Part shown: piece by piece, positions 34,185 through 44,376 of the stretch
Layout: every line of letters starts with the position of its first letter
Numbering within the stretch: the stretch's first letter is position 1
The notes under the pieces: generated by a model
Database searches by the model: none
The model's input: only the letters and a program-made list of their open reading frames with translations
What the model was told of the DNA's origin: nothing
Made by a program: the position numbers and the translations under genes
Assembly (NCBI GenBank): GCA_965207845.1
Contig: CBDBNU010000002.1
Location: 720,323-784,322 of the forward strand
Source of the DNA: Dehalococcoidia bacterium
GTDB lineage: Bacteria > Chloroflexota > Dehalococcoidia > Lucifugimonadales > GCA-2712585
Length of the DNA stretch: 64,000 bases
Direction: 5' to 3'

Positions 34185-35441
34185 ATGACTAAAACCCCTA
34201 TCTCGACGGCTGCCCTGATCTTCGCTGCTTCCCTACTTGGCCTTACGCTCCTTCTCGTTGCCGCCTGCACGTCAGAGCGCCCCGACACCCCGGCGGCTAC
34301 GTCTGCCGCCGCTCCCATCGCCACGCCCACGGCAGCGCCCGCCCCCGCCACCCCAGTCCCCAACCCCGCGACTCCCGCCCCGACACCAACGCCGCCCCCG
34401 CCCACGGGCCCCATCGCCCCCGAACTGGTCGGCACCCAGGAGTGGGTCAACTCTGCCCCCCTCACCATCGAGAGTCTGCGGGGCAAAGTAGTCCTCATCG
34501 ACTTCTGGACCTACACCTGCGTCAACTGCATCCGCACCCTCCCCTACCTGAAAGTCTGGCACTCCAAGTACGCCGACGACGGACTTGTCATAATCGGCGT
34601 CCACACCCCGGAGTTCAGGTTCGAGCACGACATAGACAACGTCCGGCAGGCCGTCGCCGACTACAGCCTCACCTATCCCGTAGTTCAGGACAACAACTTC
34701 GATACGTGGGACGCCTTCGAAAACCGCTACTGGCCTGCCAAGTACCTCATCGACCAGAACGGGGTCATCCGCTACCAACACTACGGCGAGGGCGCCTACG
34801 ACGAGACCGAGGCGATGATTCGTGAACTGCTGGAGGAAACGGGCGTCAACGTCTCCTCCATCACCCCCCTCAAGGCCCCCGATCAGGACCTGGACTTCGC
34901 CTTCAAGAACTCTATCGGAGCCGAGATAACCGCAGAGCTTTACGGCGGCTACGAGCGTAGCTGCAGCCTCTTCAGCCTGTACTCCAACAGCTACATCGCC
35001 GCCCAGGATTACTGCAAGTCCAGGGACCAGGTAATCGAGTATACCGACGACGGCGCCCGCAAGGACCACGCCCTCTACCTGCAGGGCCCCTGGCTTGGGG
35101 AAAGGGAGAGCCTGAAGCACGCCCGTGAGACCGGCAATTACGAAGACTACATGGCGCTCCGATTTGCCGCCAAGAGCGTGAACGTTGTGCTCACCCCCGA
35201 ACGTGGCGATCCTTTCAAGGTCATGGTCAAGCTCGACGGCGAGTACCTAAACGAATTCAACAAGGGCGAGGACGTGGTCATCGAAGACGATGGCAGGAGC
35301 TTCCTCATCGTAGACCAGCCCCGTCTCTACGCCGTGGTGGAGGCTCCCGAATACGGCACCTACGAACTCGAACTCAGCTCCAACTCCTCCGACTTCGCAC
35401 TCTTCGCCTTCACCTTCGGCGTCTACACCGAGGGCATATAA
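34185..35441 (+). CDS. Thioredoxin-fold (redoxin/DipZ C-terminal-like) lipoprotein
   Basis: Lipobox LLVAAC, then a Pro/Thr/Ala linker, then GKVVLIDFWTYTCVNCIRTLPYL (CxxC) ...GVHTPEF...YPVVQDN...WPAKYLID. Confidence 0.75.
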   Translation: MTKTPISTAALIFAASLLGLTLLLVAACTSERPDTPAATSAAAPIATPTAAPAPATPVPNPATPAPTPTPPPPTGPIAPELVGTQEWVNSAPLTIESLRGKVVLIDFWTYTCVNCIRTLPYLKVWHSKYADDGLVIIGVHTPEFRFEHDIDNVRQAVADYSLTYPVVQDNNFDTWDAFENRYWPAKYLIDQNGVIRYQHYGEGAYDETEAMIRELLEETGVNVSSITPLKAPDQDLDFAFKNSIGAEITAELYGGYERSCSLFSLYSNSYIAAQDYCKSRDQVIEYTDDGARKDHALYLQGPWLGERESLKHARETGNYEDYMALRFAAKSVNVVLTPERGDPFKVMVKLDGEYLNEFNKGEDVVIEDDGRSFLIVDQPRLYAVVEAPEYGTYELELSSNSSDFALFAFTFGVYTEGI

Positions 35442-35447
35442 CTACTC

Positions 35448-35485
35448 CCTTCCCCCTTGATGGGGGAAGGTCAGGATGGGGGTGT
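35448..35485 (+). repeat. REP-like element, family B (copy 2)
   Basis: cccttccccc ttga tgggggaagg tcaggatgggggtg. Confidence 0.8.
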
Positions 35486-35578
35486 GTCCCCTCATCGGCG
35501 CTAAAACCCACTCTTTGAAAGTTACAATACGCCGTGCCCGCCCCTTTACAACCTGAACTGACACGGCATAATGGGGCC

Positions 35579-36592
35579 ATGATATACAAGGCCCTTCTCC
35601 GGCCGCTGCTCTGGTCCCTTCCTCCCGAGCGTGCCCACGCCCTGGGAGAGTGGGCGTTACGCCGAAAGCTCCTCTGGAAGTTTCTTTCCCCACTTTACCG
35701 CACCCGCGATCCCGCCCTGGGCACGAGCCTAGCCGGGATACCTATCGCCAACCCCCTGGGCGTCGCGGCAGGCTCCGACAAGGACTGCGCCTACCTGGAT
35801 TCCCTCATGGGCCTCGGCTTCGGCTACGCGGTGGGCGGCACCGTCACCCTGCACCCCCGTCCCGGGAATCCCCGCCCCCGGCTCCTGCGTCGCCCCCGGC
35901 AGAGCGCCCTCGTCAACGCCCTCGGTTTCCCCAGCCTGGGCATCGACGTCGTCGAATCCAATCTCCGGCGAAGTTCAGTTCGGCCCCTGGTCCTCAGCGT
36001 CTCCGGCCTCACCGTAGACGAGTTCAGTGCATGCTACCGGAGGGCCGCCCCTCTCGCCCGGGGCATCGAGCTGAACGTCAGCTCCCCGAACACCGCCGGA
36101 CTGCGCGTATTCCACGATCCTCCCGCCTTCCGGAAGCTTCTCGAAAGCGTTAACCATCGCCGCACCACTCCCCTGTTCGTCAAGATCCCTCCCTACCACG
36201 GTCCTCGCCAGCAGGAAGAAGTGTTGACCCTGGTCCGCATCGCCCGCGAACTTGGTGTGGACGGCATTACCGCCGCCAACACCCGGCCCGTGGAGGAGCC
36301 CGCCGTGAAGATGGGTCGGGGCGGCCTCAGCGGCAAGCCCCTCCTCCCCGACACCCTCCGCATCGTCGCCGACGTTAGCAGGGAGGTGGGCGAAGCCATG
36401 ACCATCAACGCCTGTGGGGGAATCTCCACCGCCGACGACGTGGTCCAAGCGCTGAAGAGCGGCGCCGACACTGTCCAGGTATACACCGCCCTCGTCTACG
36501 AAGGGCCGGGGCTGGCCAGAAAAATCAATCGGGACCTCAGCCGTCTCCTCCGCCAGCACGCCCTCCCCACCATCCACCGCCTGAAGTCCTGA
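35579..36592 (+). CDS. pyrD: Dihydroorotate dehydrogenase (quinone), class 2
   Basis: Start at the ATG at 35579. MIYKALLRPLL...ERAH...NPLGVAAGSDKD...GFGYAVGGTVT...NALGFPS...NVSSPNT...GGLSG...NACGGI. Confidence 0.85.
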   Translation: MIYKALLRPLLWSLPPERAHALGEWALRRKLLWKFLSPLYRTRDPALGTSLAGIPIANPLGVAAGSDKDCAYLDSLMGLGFGYAVGGTVTLHPRPGNPRPRLLRRPRQSALVNALGFPSLGIDVVESNLRRSSVRPLVLSVSGLTVDEFSACYRRAAPLARGIELNVSSPNTAGLRVFHDPPAFRKLLESVNHRRTTPLFVKIPPYHGPRQQEEVLTLVRIARELGVDGITAANTRPVEEPAVKMGRGGLSGKPLLPDTLRIVADVSREVGEAMTINACGGISTADDVVQALKSGADTVQVYTALVYEGPGLARKINRDLSRLLRQHALPTIHRLKS

Positions 36593-36763
36593 TGCCCCTC
36601 CTCCGAACACCCTTCCGTGCTATCATAAACAAAATCGCTGAAAGGCATACGCTTGTCGTTTCTCAAAGCCGCAATCAGAACCGTCAGACGTACCTTCATC
36701 AACCTTTCAGCTTCCTTGCCCATATCGGAAAAACTGAGACTGTCCATAAAAAACTATTCCATC

Positions 36764-36856
36764 AAGATATTTCGGCTCAGCTGGTGCTGCGGCAACCACG
36801 GCCAGCCTGGATGTTGACGGCCCTCAGACACCTCGCCCGGTCCGGGTGAGCATAAC
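36764..36856 (+). repeat. Diverged direct repeat, copy 1 (two predicted hairpins)
   Basis: aagatatttcgg...gtgctgcggcaaccacggccagcctggatgttga...cctcgcccggtccgggtgagc. Hairpin at 36832-36850 (7 bp, loop GGTCC). Confidence 0.6.
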
Positions 36857-37120
36857 CACTAGAGAATTCTCTCTCTTCGCGAGCCTGCCAGTCCTTCTGG
36901 GCCCAGTGCAGTGAATTCGAAGAATCTCGTCGTCCTACCATCACTCCACATTTCCACAACTCCACGACGTGCCGTGCTATGATTAGGCAACCACTCCGAA
37001 AGGCGCTCCTAAGTTGGAAACTCAAGAACCAAAGAGAAGCCTGAGACAAGCCTTCAAAAACCTGCTGGTCTCCCTACCGCTTCGGCTGAAATCCCGCCTC
37101 TTCGTGGCCAACAACTCCAC

Positions 37121-37213
37121 GAAGATTTTCGGACGCCAATTGTGCTGCGGCAACAACGGCCAGCCCGGTTGTTGAATGCCCCCCGACTCTTCGTCCGGTT
37201 CGGGCGAACACCA
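37121..37213 (+). repeat. Diverged direct repeat, copy 2 (two predicted hairpins)
   Basis: aagattttcgg...gtgctgcggcaacaacggccagcccggttgttga...cttcgtccggttcgggcgaac. Hairpins at 37151-37174 (CAACAAC/GTTGTTG) and 37190-37208 (loop GGTTC). Confidence 0.6.
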
Positions 37214-37347
37214 CCAAAATCACCCCCACCAGCACTGACGACGCGGGTAGAATCCCCCCGCAATCGCGTCCTGATAGGCACCCGGCGAACGCCTCCCAAG
37301 CCTCATGCACTTCGGATCGCCAACTCCAATGTTACCCTTCTTGACTA

Positions 37348-38310
37348 ATGCTGGCTCGAATTAGAAGCGCGCACCTGCGCCGGCCCTGGCTGGCCATCCT
37401 GGTCCTTTCCGTCGCCCTCGCCGCCGCCGTTTCCGCCTGGCTCCTCCTGGACGACCCCGACGCAACCCTGGGCGAAATCCCCCAGTACAATTCCTTCCAC
37501 GGCGCCAGCGAGTTCGTCATGGGCGAGAACCGGTTCCCCTTCGCCCTCGCCTCTTTCGAGGGCGAACCCCTCGCCGACGCGGACGTTTCCGTCAGCTTCT
37601 ACTACCTGAGAGACTCCGAGTGGGAATTCAGATTCCGCCGCGAGGCCGACTACCGCGAGGTCGAAGGAGTCACCCCCCACCTCCACGACGACGGCTTCCT
37701 TCACAAGCACCTGGACGTACGCGGACAGTATGTGGCGAAGGTCAACTTCCAGAGCACGGGCGTCTGGCAGGCTCGGTTCTCGCTTTCCGTTGACGAGGAA
37801 TCAGCCCCAACCGTCGGCGACCTCGCCTTCAACGTCTTAACCGAACCCACCGCGCCCGGCGTGGGAGAACCCGCGCCCCCTATAGAAACTCCTACGATTC
37901 ACGACGTTGCCAGCATCGACGAGATAGAGACCAGAGACCCCCCCGACGACATGCACGACCTCTCCGTAGCCCAAGCTCTCAAGCAGGAAAAGCCGTTCGT
38001 AGTTGTCTGGAGCGCGCCCATGTTTTGCACCAGCGCCATCTGCGGCCCCGTCCTAGACTCCGCCGTTCGGGTTCAGGAGAAGCTCGGCGACAGGGTTAAC
38101 TTCATACACATAGAGCCTTGGGACCTGAAAATCGCCCGCGAGGAAGGCCGCCTGATTCCGATACGCGAGTTCACGGAGTGGGGATTGACAACCGAGCCGT
38201 GGATATTCGTTGTTGACGCGAGGGGGATCGTGTTTGAACGGTTTGAAGGGCTGGTTACCGACGGGGAGTTGGGAAAGGCGGTGATGGGGGTCCTGACGAC
38301 CGCTTCCTAG
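37348..38310 (+). CDS. Membrane-anchored thioredoxin-fold protein (TlpA/SCO-like, hypothetical)
   Basis: N-terminal TM anchor. C-terminal ...KPFVVVWSAPMFCTSAICGPVLD...FIHIEPW... resembles a thioredoxin-like fold with a paired-Cys motif. Confidence 0.55.
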   Translation: MLARIRSAHLRRPWLAILVLSVALAAAVSAWLLLDDPDATLGEIPQYNSFHGASEFVMGENRFPFALASFEGEPLADADVSVSFYYLRDSEWEFRFRREADYREVEGVTPHLHDDGFLHKHLDVRGQYVAKVNFQSTGVWQARFSLSVDEESAPTVGDLAFNVLTEPTAPGVGEPAPPIETPTIHDVASIDEIETRDPPDDMHDLSVAQALKQEKPFVVVWSAPMFCTSAICGPVLDSAVRVQEKLGDRVNFIHIEPWDLKIAREEGRLIPIREFTEWGLTTEPWIFVVDARGIVFERFEGLVTDGELGKAVMGVLTTAS

Positions 38311-39935
38311 ATATCCAGCTGCGCCAGCGCCTCCAGTGATTCGGCGTTTATCTCGCCCAGATGCACGTGCGCCACCCGCCGGTCGATTCCCCGAAGCGCC
38401 CGGTAGTCCGCCAGCGCCTGCGCTTCCAACAAATTCCCGAAGGAATAGTCCCCACCGGGAATTTCCAGGTCCCTTGGACTGTCGCACGTTATCTGAATAA
38501 ACAGTCCTTCGTCGGGCCCGCCCTTGTGCATCTGCCCCGTCGAATGAAGAATCCGCGGCCCGTAGCCCACCGTGACCGGCAAACTGTAGCTCTCGGTGAT
38601 TCTGCGCCTCAGGACGGACAGCGCCTCGTCCATTTGCGGCGTCTTGTGCGCGTACGCCATCACCGCCACGTAGTTGCCCGGCCCAGCCCCGGCCAGCAGC
38701 TGTTCAATGGCAACGCCGGGTTGCCGCGCAGGCAGACTTCCTGCGGCGCGGAAATCCTCCAGCACCGCGTCCGTCATGTCCTTCGCCAGCTGCACGTTGG
38801 GCTGGTCGAAGGGATGAATCCCCATGACGGCTCCCGCAACCGCCGTTGCGAACTGCCACCGGTAGAACTCCGCCCCGATGTCGTAGACGCTGTCGACGAT
38901 TAGCCGCACCCACGGATGCCCCGACCTCTCCACCGTCCTCATCGTCTCGTGCAACGGCGAATCGTAGTCGTCGCGCAGCTGGAGGAACACGAAGAACCTG
39001 TCGTCGCCGTACTTCTCCGGCGGGAGCGGCGGCTCGCCCCTCACCGGAACGATGGCCTTGCCATCTTTCCCTGTACTCTCCGCCAGCATCTGCTCCGCCC
39101 ACAGCCCGAAAGTCTCCAACTCCGGCGACGTCGCCAGCGTCAGCTTGTCCCGCCCCTGTTCCGCCATCACCGCCATCACCGCGCCTAGCCACGCGCCGGC
39201 GTTTTCGTCGATGCTGATTCCGGGCCTGCACTGTTCCGCCATCTCTCCGGCCCCTTCGACGATGCGGGGTACGTCCATGCCCGACAACACCGCAGGCGTC
39301 AGACCAAGCGCAGACAGGACGGAATAGCGGCTTCCCACGTCCTCCGGGTTGTAGATAACCTCCCGGAATCCCTCCTCCCGCGCCAGCAGGTCCAGCGGGG
39401 TACCCGGAGTTGTGATGGCGACGAAGCTGTCGTGGGCCGGAACCACGCCGCTATCCTCGGCCAGCTTTCGGAAGTACCTGTAGAAGCACATCGTCTCCAG
39501 GGTGGAACCGGACTTGGACGAGATGACAAACAGCGTTTTCGTCGGGTCTATCTCCTCCACAATCCCGTTAATCCAGTCGGGGCAGGTGGAGTCGAGGACA
39601 ATCAGCTCAGGATATCCTTCTGTAGCACCCAGAAGCTCTCGCAGCACCACGGACCCCACGATGCTGCCCCCCATGCCGGCCAGCACAATGTGGCGGTACC
39701 CCTCGTCCCGGACATCCTCCGCCAGCCGCTGAAGCTCCGGCAGTTCACGCCTCATCCGGTCCGGGGCGTGAAGCCAGCCCAGCCTGTCCGTTATCTCCGT
39801 GGGGTCAGGACTCCAGACGGTGTGGTCCTTCGCCCACATGCGCGAGACCACGTCCGACGCCTGCATCTTCCGGATAGCAGCTTCTATGGCGGGCGCGTAT
39901 TGACCCAGGTTCGCTCTGTATCCTACTTGCAGCAA
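38307..39935 (-). CDS. pgi: Glucose-6-phosphate isomerase
   Basis: ...HIVLAGMGGS...TLFVISSKSGSTLET... (SKSG[ST]TxE phosphate-binding motif). 542 aa, resembling the PGI half of Tal-Pgi-type enzymes. Confidence 0.8.
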   Translation of the reverse strand: MLQVGYRANLGQYAPAIEAAIRKMQASDVVSRMWAKDHTVWSPDPTEITDRLGWLHAPDRMRRELPELQRLAEDVRDEGYRHIVLAGMGGSIVGSVVLRELLGATEGYPELIVLDSTCPDWINGIVEEIDPTKTLFVISSKSGSTLETMCFYRYFRKLAEDSGVVPAHDSFVAITTPGTPLDLLAREEGFREVIYNPEDVGSRYSVLSALGLTPAVLSGMDVPRIVEGAGEMAEQCRPGISIDENAGAWLGAVMAVMAEQGRDKLTLATSPELETFGLWAEQMLAESTGKDGKAIVPVRGEPPLPPEKYGDDRFFVFLQLRDDYDSPLHETMRTVERSGHPWVRLIVDSVYDIGAEFYRWQFATAVAGAVMGIHPFDQPNVQLAKDMTDAVLEDFRAAGSLPARQPGVAIEQLLAGAGPGNYVAVMAYAHKTPQMDEALSVLRRRITESYSLPVTVGYGPRILHSTGQMHKGGPDEGLFIQITCDSPRDLEIPGGDYSFGNLLEAQALADYRALRGIDRRVAHVHLGEINAESLEALAQLDI

Positions 39936-39963
39936 GGACTCTTCGCCTCCTGGCTCTTGTCTT

Positions 39964-41100
39964 CTAGCTGGGCAGATTATAGAGCCTTACGCAGTTGTCC
40001 CACAATATCTTTTGCTTCGTTTCCCTGCTGAACCCTTCCATGGCCAGAAACTCGTCCAGCGCGTGCGGATACGCCGAATCGTGATGCGGATAGTCCGTCG
40101 AAAGCACCAGATTGTTCGGCCCGAGCTGCTCCACCGTATGCGCGCCGAGGTATTCGTCCACGTCGATAGATGCGAAACCCTGCCGCTGGAAATACTCCGT
40201 CGGCGTCAGATCAAGGTCAGCCGCCTCCCACGGACCGAAAATCTCCCGCTCCTCGTCCAGCCGCCACAGCCACCAGGGCAGCCAACTGCAGTTCCCCTCC
40301 AGGAACCCCACACGCAGGTTAGGATGACGGTCCATCACCCCGCCGCAGATGACCCCGGCCAGGTCAAGCATCAGCTCCATCGGGTGCGTCGCCGCGTGGG
40401 CCACGACGAATGAGTCCAGGAAGCGGTTGCCGATGTGCTGCTGGTACGCGCCGTGAATGCCGTGGAAGCAAACGGGCACGTTCAACTCCTCGGCGGCGGC
40501 CCACAACGGCTCGTAGTAGGGGTGGTACCAGGGCCGCCGGTTGACGGGATTGGACGGCAGCACCAGCGCCACCGCACCCAGGTCCGCAACCGACCGGCGT
40601 GCTTCCGCCACCGCCAGTTCCACGTCCTGCAGCGGCATCTGGGCCGTGCCCTTCAGACGGGCCCGGTCCACGCTGCAGAAGTCGTACAGCCAGTCGTTGA
40701 ATGCGCGGCAGATGGCGGACGCCAGGTCCCCGTCCATTCCGTCGAGGGCTATTACGTGGGCGCCGAATGTCCGAAACAGCACCGCCACGTCGATCCCCTC
40801 TACCTCCAGCGCCTTGAGCTGCGACGGTGCGTCGAAGCGCTTTGCGCGGGCCTCGGCGAACCTGTCCGTGATATTCTCGTGCCGGCCCGCCAGGCTTCCG
40901 GTTCGAGCCTTCGTCTCCGAGTGGGCGGGAAACACCTTCCCCTCCACGTGCCAGCGATTCTGAAACCCCTGGCTCAGCGCGTCCCCCCGAAACTCCGGCG
41001 CTCGCTCCCTGAAGGCGGGGTCAATATAGTTCTGCCACAGGTCGTGCGGCTCCATCACGTGCATGTCGCTGTCCACAACCCTGAATCCGTCCTTTGCCAT
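39964..41100 (-). CDS. Amidohydrolase-2 family protein (ACMSD-like metal-dependent hydrolase/decarboxylase)
   Basis: Start at the ATG at 41100. MAKDGFRVVDSDMHVMEP... (DxH), ...CFHG..., ...STDYPHHD. Confidence 0.8.
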   Translation of the reverse strand: MAKDGFRVVDSDMHVMEPHDLWQNYIDPAFRERAPEFRGDALSQGFQNRWHVEGKVFPAHSETKARTGSLAGRHENITDRFAEARAKRFDAPSQLKALEVEGIDVAVLFRTFGAHVIALDGMDGDLASAICRAFNDWLYDFCSVDRARLKGTAQMPLQDVELAVAEARRSVADLGAVALVLPSNPVNRRPWYHPYYEPLWAAAEELNVPVCFHGIHGAYQQHIGNRFLDSFVVAHAATHPMELMLDLAGVICGGVMDRHPNLRVGFLEGNCSWLPWWLWRLDEEREIFGPWEAADLDLTPTEYFQRQGFASIDVDEYLGAHTVEQLGPNNLVLSTDYPHHDSAYPHALDEFLAMEGFSRETKQKILWDNCVRLYNLPS

Positions 41101-41331
41101 AGGGTTCAATCCACCTTTCTTGCGTTCCCTGCTCTGCTCGGAAATCACCGGCCACAGCCAACAAGGCCACAACCGGCAACCTCCCCATACATTCTATGCC
41201 CTTTCCCGGTCAATTGGCACTGTGGGTTATAGATTTTGCATGTCCATCACTCTTTGCCTCCAACCGCACACTGGCACTTCCCTTCAACCTTCGCGCATAA
41301 TGTCATCGTCGGATCAGAAAGGACTTGGCGC

Positions 41332-42066
41332 ATGCCCCCCTTCAAAACCATCATCTACGAAAAAAGCGACGCTGTCGCCCACATATGTCTCAACCGCCCC
41401 CGCGTCCACAACGCCTACAACACTGCTATGCGGGATGACCTCTTCCAAGCCCTTGAAGCCTCCCGCGACGACCCCGAAGTGGGCGCCGTCCTCCTCTCCG
41501 CCAGGGGCAAGAACTTCTGCGCCGGCGCGGACCTGACCGAATTCGGCTCCGCCCCATCTGTCGTTGCCGCGCGTGACGCCCGATGGAGCCGGGACCTCTG
41601 GGGCCTATTCCTCGACGTTCACAAACCTATCATCGCCGCCATCCACGGTCACTGCATCGGCTCCGGCCTGGAGATGTCCCTCCTCTGCGACATCCGCATA
41701 GCCTCCGCCGACGCCTCTTTCGCCATGCCGGAAGCCCGCCTCGGCCTGATTCCCGCCGCCGGTGGCACCCAGACGCTGCCCCGCATTCTCGGCCCCTCCA
41801 AAGCTCTCCACCTCCTCCTGACGGGCGAACCTATCTCCGCGCAACAAGCCCTCGATAACGGCCTCGTCACCCGGCTCACCTCCCCAACCACGCTGCACAA
41901 GGATGCTCTAACCCTGGCTGGCCGCCTCGCATCCCTCGACTCTCACGCCGTAAAGGCCCTGAAGCAGTCCCTCAACCGCGGCGGCGACCTGCCCCTTCGC
42001 CAAGCCCTTGATCTGGAATCCCGCCTCGCCGCCAAACTCGCCTTAGCCCAGAGCCGTCTTCAATGA
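41332..42066 (+). CDS. Enoyl-CoA hydratase/isomerase (crotonase) family protein
   Basis: Start at the ATG at 41332. ...HICLNRPRVHNAYN...FCAGADL...PIIAAIHGHCIGSGLEMSLLCDIRIAS...MPEARLGLIPAAGGTQ. Confidence 0.85.
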   Translation: MPPFKTIIYEKSDAVAHICLNRPRVHNAYNTAMRDDLFQALEASRDDPEVGAVLLSARGKNFCAGADLTEFGSAPSVVAARDARWSRDLWGLFLDVHKPIIAAIHGHCIGSGLEMSLLCDIRIASADASFAMPEARLGLIPAAGGTQTLPRILGPSKALHLLLTGEPISAQQALDNGLVTRLTSPTTLHKDALTLAGRLASLDSHAVKALKQSLNRGGDLPLRQALDLESRLAAKLALAQSRLQ

Positions 42067-42186
42067 CGTTCCGGCTTGCGGGCGAACAATAGATTTCCGA
42101 CCATCTTCGAAACATGCTATCCTGTTGGATATGCCGGAACGTAAACGGACGGTTGAAATTACAAGATTGATTAGGACAGACTGAGT

Positions 42187-43098
42187 TTGGATAGCGTAAT
42201 TCAAACAGAGAAGATCACCAAGCTCTTCGGCGATGTTGAAGCGGTGGTGGACGTGGACCTGGAGGTTCTGCCGGGAGAGATTTTCGGCTATCTCGGGCCG
42301 AACGGCTCCGGCAAGTCGACCACCATCCGGATGCTGCTGGACCACATCCGGCCCACGCGGGGAAAGGGTTCGATTTTCGGGCTGGACATCCGCAACGACA
42401 GCCGGGAAATCCGGCGAAACATCGGCTACCTCCCTGGCGAATTCGCCCTCTACGACAACATGAACGGACAGGCGATGCTGCAGTATTTCGCGAACCTGCG
42501 CGGAGGCGTCGATTGGAAGTACGTGACCCGCCTGGCGGAGCGCCTCGACGTTAATCTGGACCGGCGATTCTCTCACCTTTCCCGTGGCAACAAGCAGAAA
42601 ATCGGTCTGCTGCAGGCCATGATGCACAAACCGAAGCTCATCATTCTGGACGAGCCTACCGGCGGCCTCGATCCCCTGGTGCAGCACGAGTTCTACGAAC
42701 TCCTCGATGAGGTGAAGTCCGAGGGCCGGACGGTGTTCTTCTCATCCCACGTGCTGCCCGCGGTCCAGCAGGTTTCGGACCGGGTAGGCATTATCAGGAA
42801 TGGCCGTCTCGTAGCTGTCGAAACCGTGGACACCCTCATCAATCGCTCGGCCCTTCAGCGCTTCGAGATAGAGTTCGCGACCGAGGTCGGAGAGTCCGAC
42901 TTCGGACACGTCGAAGGGGCGACGGAGCTTAGCATTGAGGGACGGAAGCTGACGGTGTCTATCACTGGCAGCCCCGACGCCCTCATCAAGGCGGCTGCGG
43001 AGCACGAAATCGTTCGACTTGTGACCCACGAGGCCTCCCTGGACGACATCTTCCTGACTTTCTACAGCGACGACGAGGGGGACGCCGGTGCTCCGTAA
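42187..43098 (+). CDS. ABC transporter ATP-binding protein (ABC-2 exporter type)
   Basis: Walker A GPNGSGKST, signature LSRGNKQK, Walker B LIILDEPT. Confidence 0.9.
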   Translation: MDSVIQTEKITKLFGDVEAVVDVDLEVLPGEIFGYLGPNGSGKSTTIRMLLDHIRPTRGKGSIFGLDIRNDSREIRRNIGYLPGEFALYDNMNGQAMLQYFANLRGGVDWKYVTRLAERLDVNLDRRFSHLSRGNKQKIGLLQAMMHKPKLIILDEPTGGLDPLVQHEFYELLDEVKSEGRTVFFSSHVLPAVQQVSDRVGIIRNGRLVAVETVDTLINRSALQRFEIEFATEVGESDFGHVEGATELSIEGRKLTVSITGSPDALIKAAAEHEIVRLVTHEASLDDIFLTFYSDDEGDAGAP

Positions 43099-43885
43099 CG
43101 TCTATCTCAAGTCGGTCCGAGACCTGCGGCGGCCCATCATCTGGTGGTCGCTCGGACTGTTCCTGTACGCTCTTGTAATTACCCTGTTCTACCCAAGCGT
43201 CCAGGACATCCCGGAACTCAACGAATTCCTGGGAGACGACGATTCGCTCATCCGGGCGTTCACAGGCAACATCGAAGACTTCTCCTCCCCGGAAGGGTTT
43301 CTGACCGCGGAGATGCTGACGTTCACCTTCCCCATGCTCCTCATCGTCTTTAACCTGTGGCTTGGGACAACCTGGTTGGCCGGAGAGGAGCGGCGCGGCT
43401 CTCTCGAAGTGCTGCTCTCGCACCCTGTGCGCCGGTCATCGGTGCTGCTGCAGAAGTTCGCGGCCATAGCAACGGGCTCGGCGGCCCTGTTCCTGGTGAT
43501 ATTTCTTGGGACCCTGACGGGCATATTCGCGATGGACATCGACATCAGCCTGCTGAACGTGGCCCAAGCCTACGTCGCCCTCGCCCTATTCGGCATCCTC
43601 TTTGGCGCTCTTGGCCTCTTCGCCGGAGCGTGGACGGGCAGACCTGGCGTGTCGATAGCCGTCGGCGGCGCTGTAGGAATCATCGGATTTGTTGCGAACT
43701 CCTTCGGCCCCATCGTGGACGGCCTGGAGTGGGCAAAGTACGCCTCTCCCTTCTACTACCTCATCGGCGGCAACCCCATGCTGAACGGCCTCAGCATTGC
43801 CCACGCTTCCGTACTTATCGGGACGACACTGGCGCTCCTTGCAGCGGGCTGCTACCTCTTTGAGCGCCGTGACCTGGCGGTGTGA
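43088..43885 (+). CDS. ABC-2 type transporter permease
   Basis: GTG start overlapping the ATPase end by 11 nt. Six hydrophobic helices. Confidence 0.75.
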   Translation: MLRNVYLKSVRDLRRPIIWWSLGLFLYALVITLFYPSVQDIPELNEFLGDDDSLIRAFTGNIEDFSSPEGFLTAEMLTFTFPMLLIVFNLWLGTTWLAGEERRGSLEVLLSHPVRRSSVLLQKFAAIATGSAALFLVIFLGTLTGIFAMDIDISLLNVAQAYVALALFGILFGALGLFAGAWTGRPGVSIAVGGAVGIIGFVANSFGPIVDGLEWAKYASPFYYLIGGNPMLNGLSIAHASVLIGTTLALLAAGCYLFERRDLAV

Positions 43886-43977
43886 AGACACGTCCGGCTT
43901 CCTAACTGGGAAGGTACAATGGACGGCTTCGAAACCACCCTCAAACACTCGCAATTCAATACTGGAGAAAAACCGAC

Positions 43978-44376
43978 ATGCCCACCGCCCGCGGCAACTT
44001 CAACGTCGAAATCAACCCCGACCCTCCTTACCTGGACGAAGGCGGCATCAAGCTCAACCGCAACCTGGTAACAAAGGAGTACTTTGGCGACATGGTCGGC
44101 TCCGCAGAGGCCCGGATGCTGGCTGCCTACACTTCCACCCCCGGTTCCGCTGGCTACGTGGCCATCGAACGATTCATCGGCTCCCTTGGTGATAGACAAG
44201 GCTCCTTCGTGCTCCAGCACAACGGGGTCATGAACAGGGGCGACGGCCAGCTTTCGGTCGTCATCGTACCCGACTCCGGCACGGGCGAACTCGAAGGCAT
44301 CACCGGCGCTCTGCAGATCGACGTCGAAGAGGGCCAGCACCTCTACACCCTCGAATACGAGTGCCCCGACGGTTAA
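43978..44376 (+). CDS. DUF3224 domain-containing protein
   Basis: ...FGDMVGSAEARMLAAYT...GSAGYVAIERFIGSLGDRQGSFVLQHNG...GTGELEGITG... is the typical DUF3224 layout. Confidence 0.7.
   Translation: MPTARGNFNVEINPDPPYLDEGGIKLNRNLVTKEYFGDMVGSAEARMLAAYTSTPGSAGYVAIERFIGSLGDRQGSFVLQHNGVMNRGDGQLSVVIVPDSGTGELEGITGALQIDVEEGQHLYTLEYECPDG

Noticed and set aside
36592-37348. ORFs 36592..36849+, 36777..37049-, 37054..37299-, 37074..37310- and 37142..37348+ as coding genes
   Set aside because: They are mutually overlapping, lack RBSs and have Arg/Pro-rich implausible translations. The similarity between the two repeat copies does not follow a synonymous-substitution pattern.
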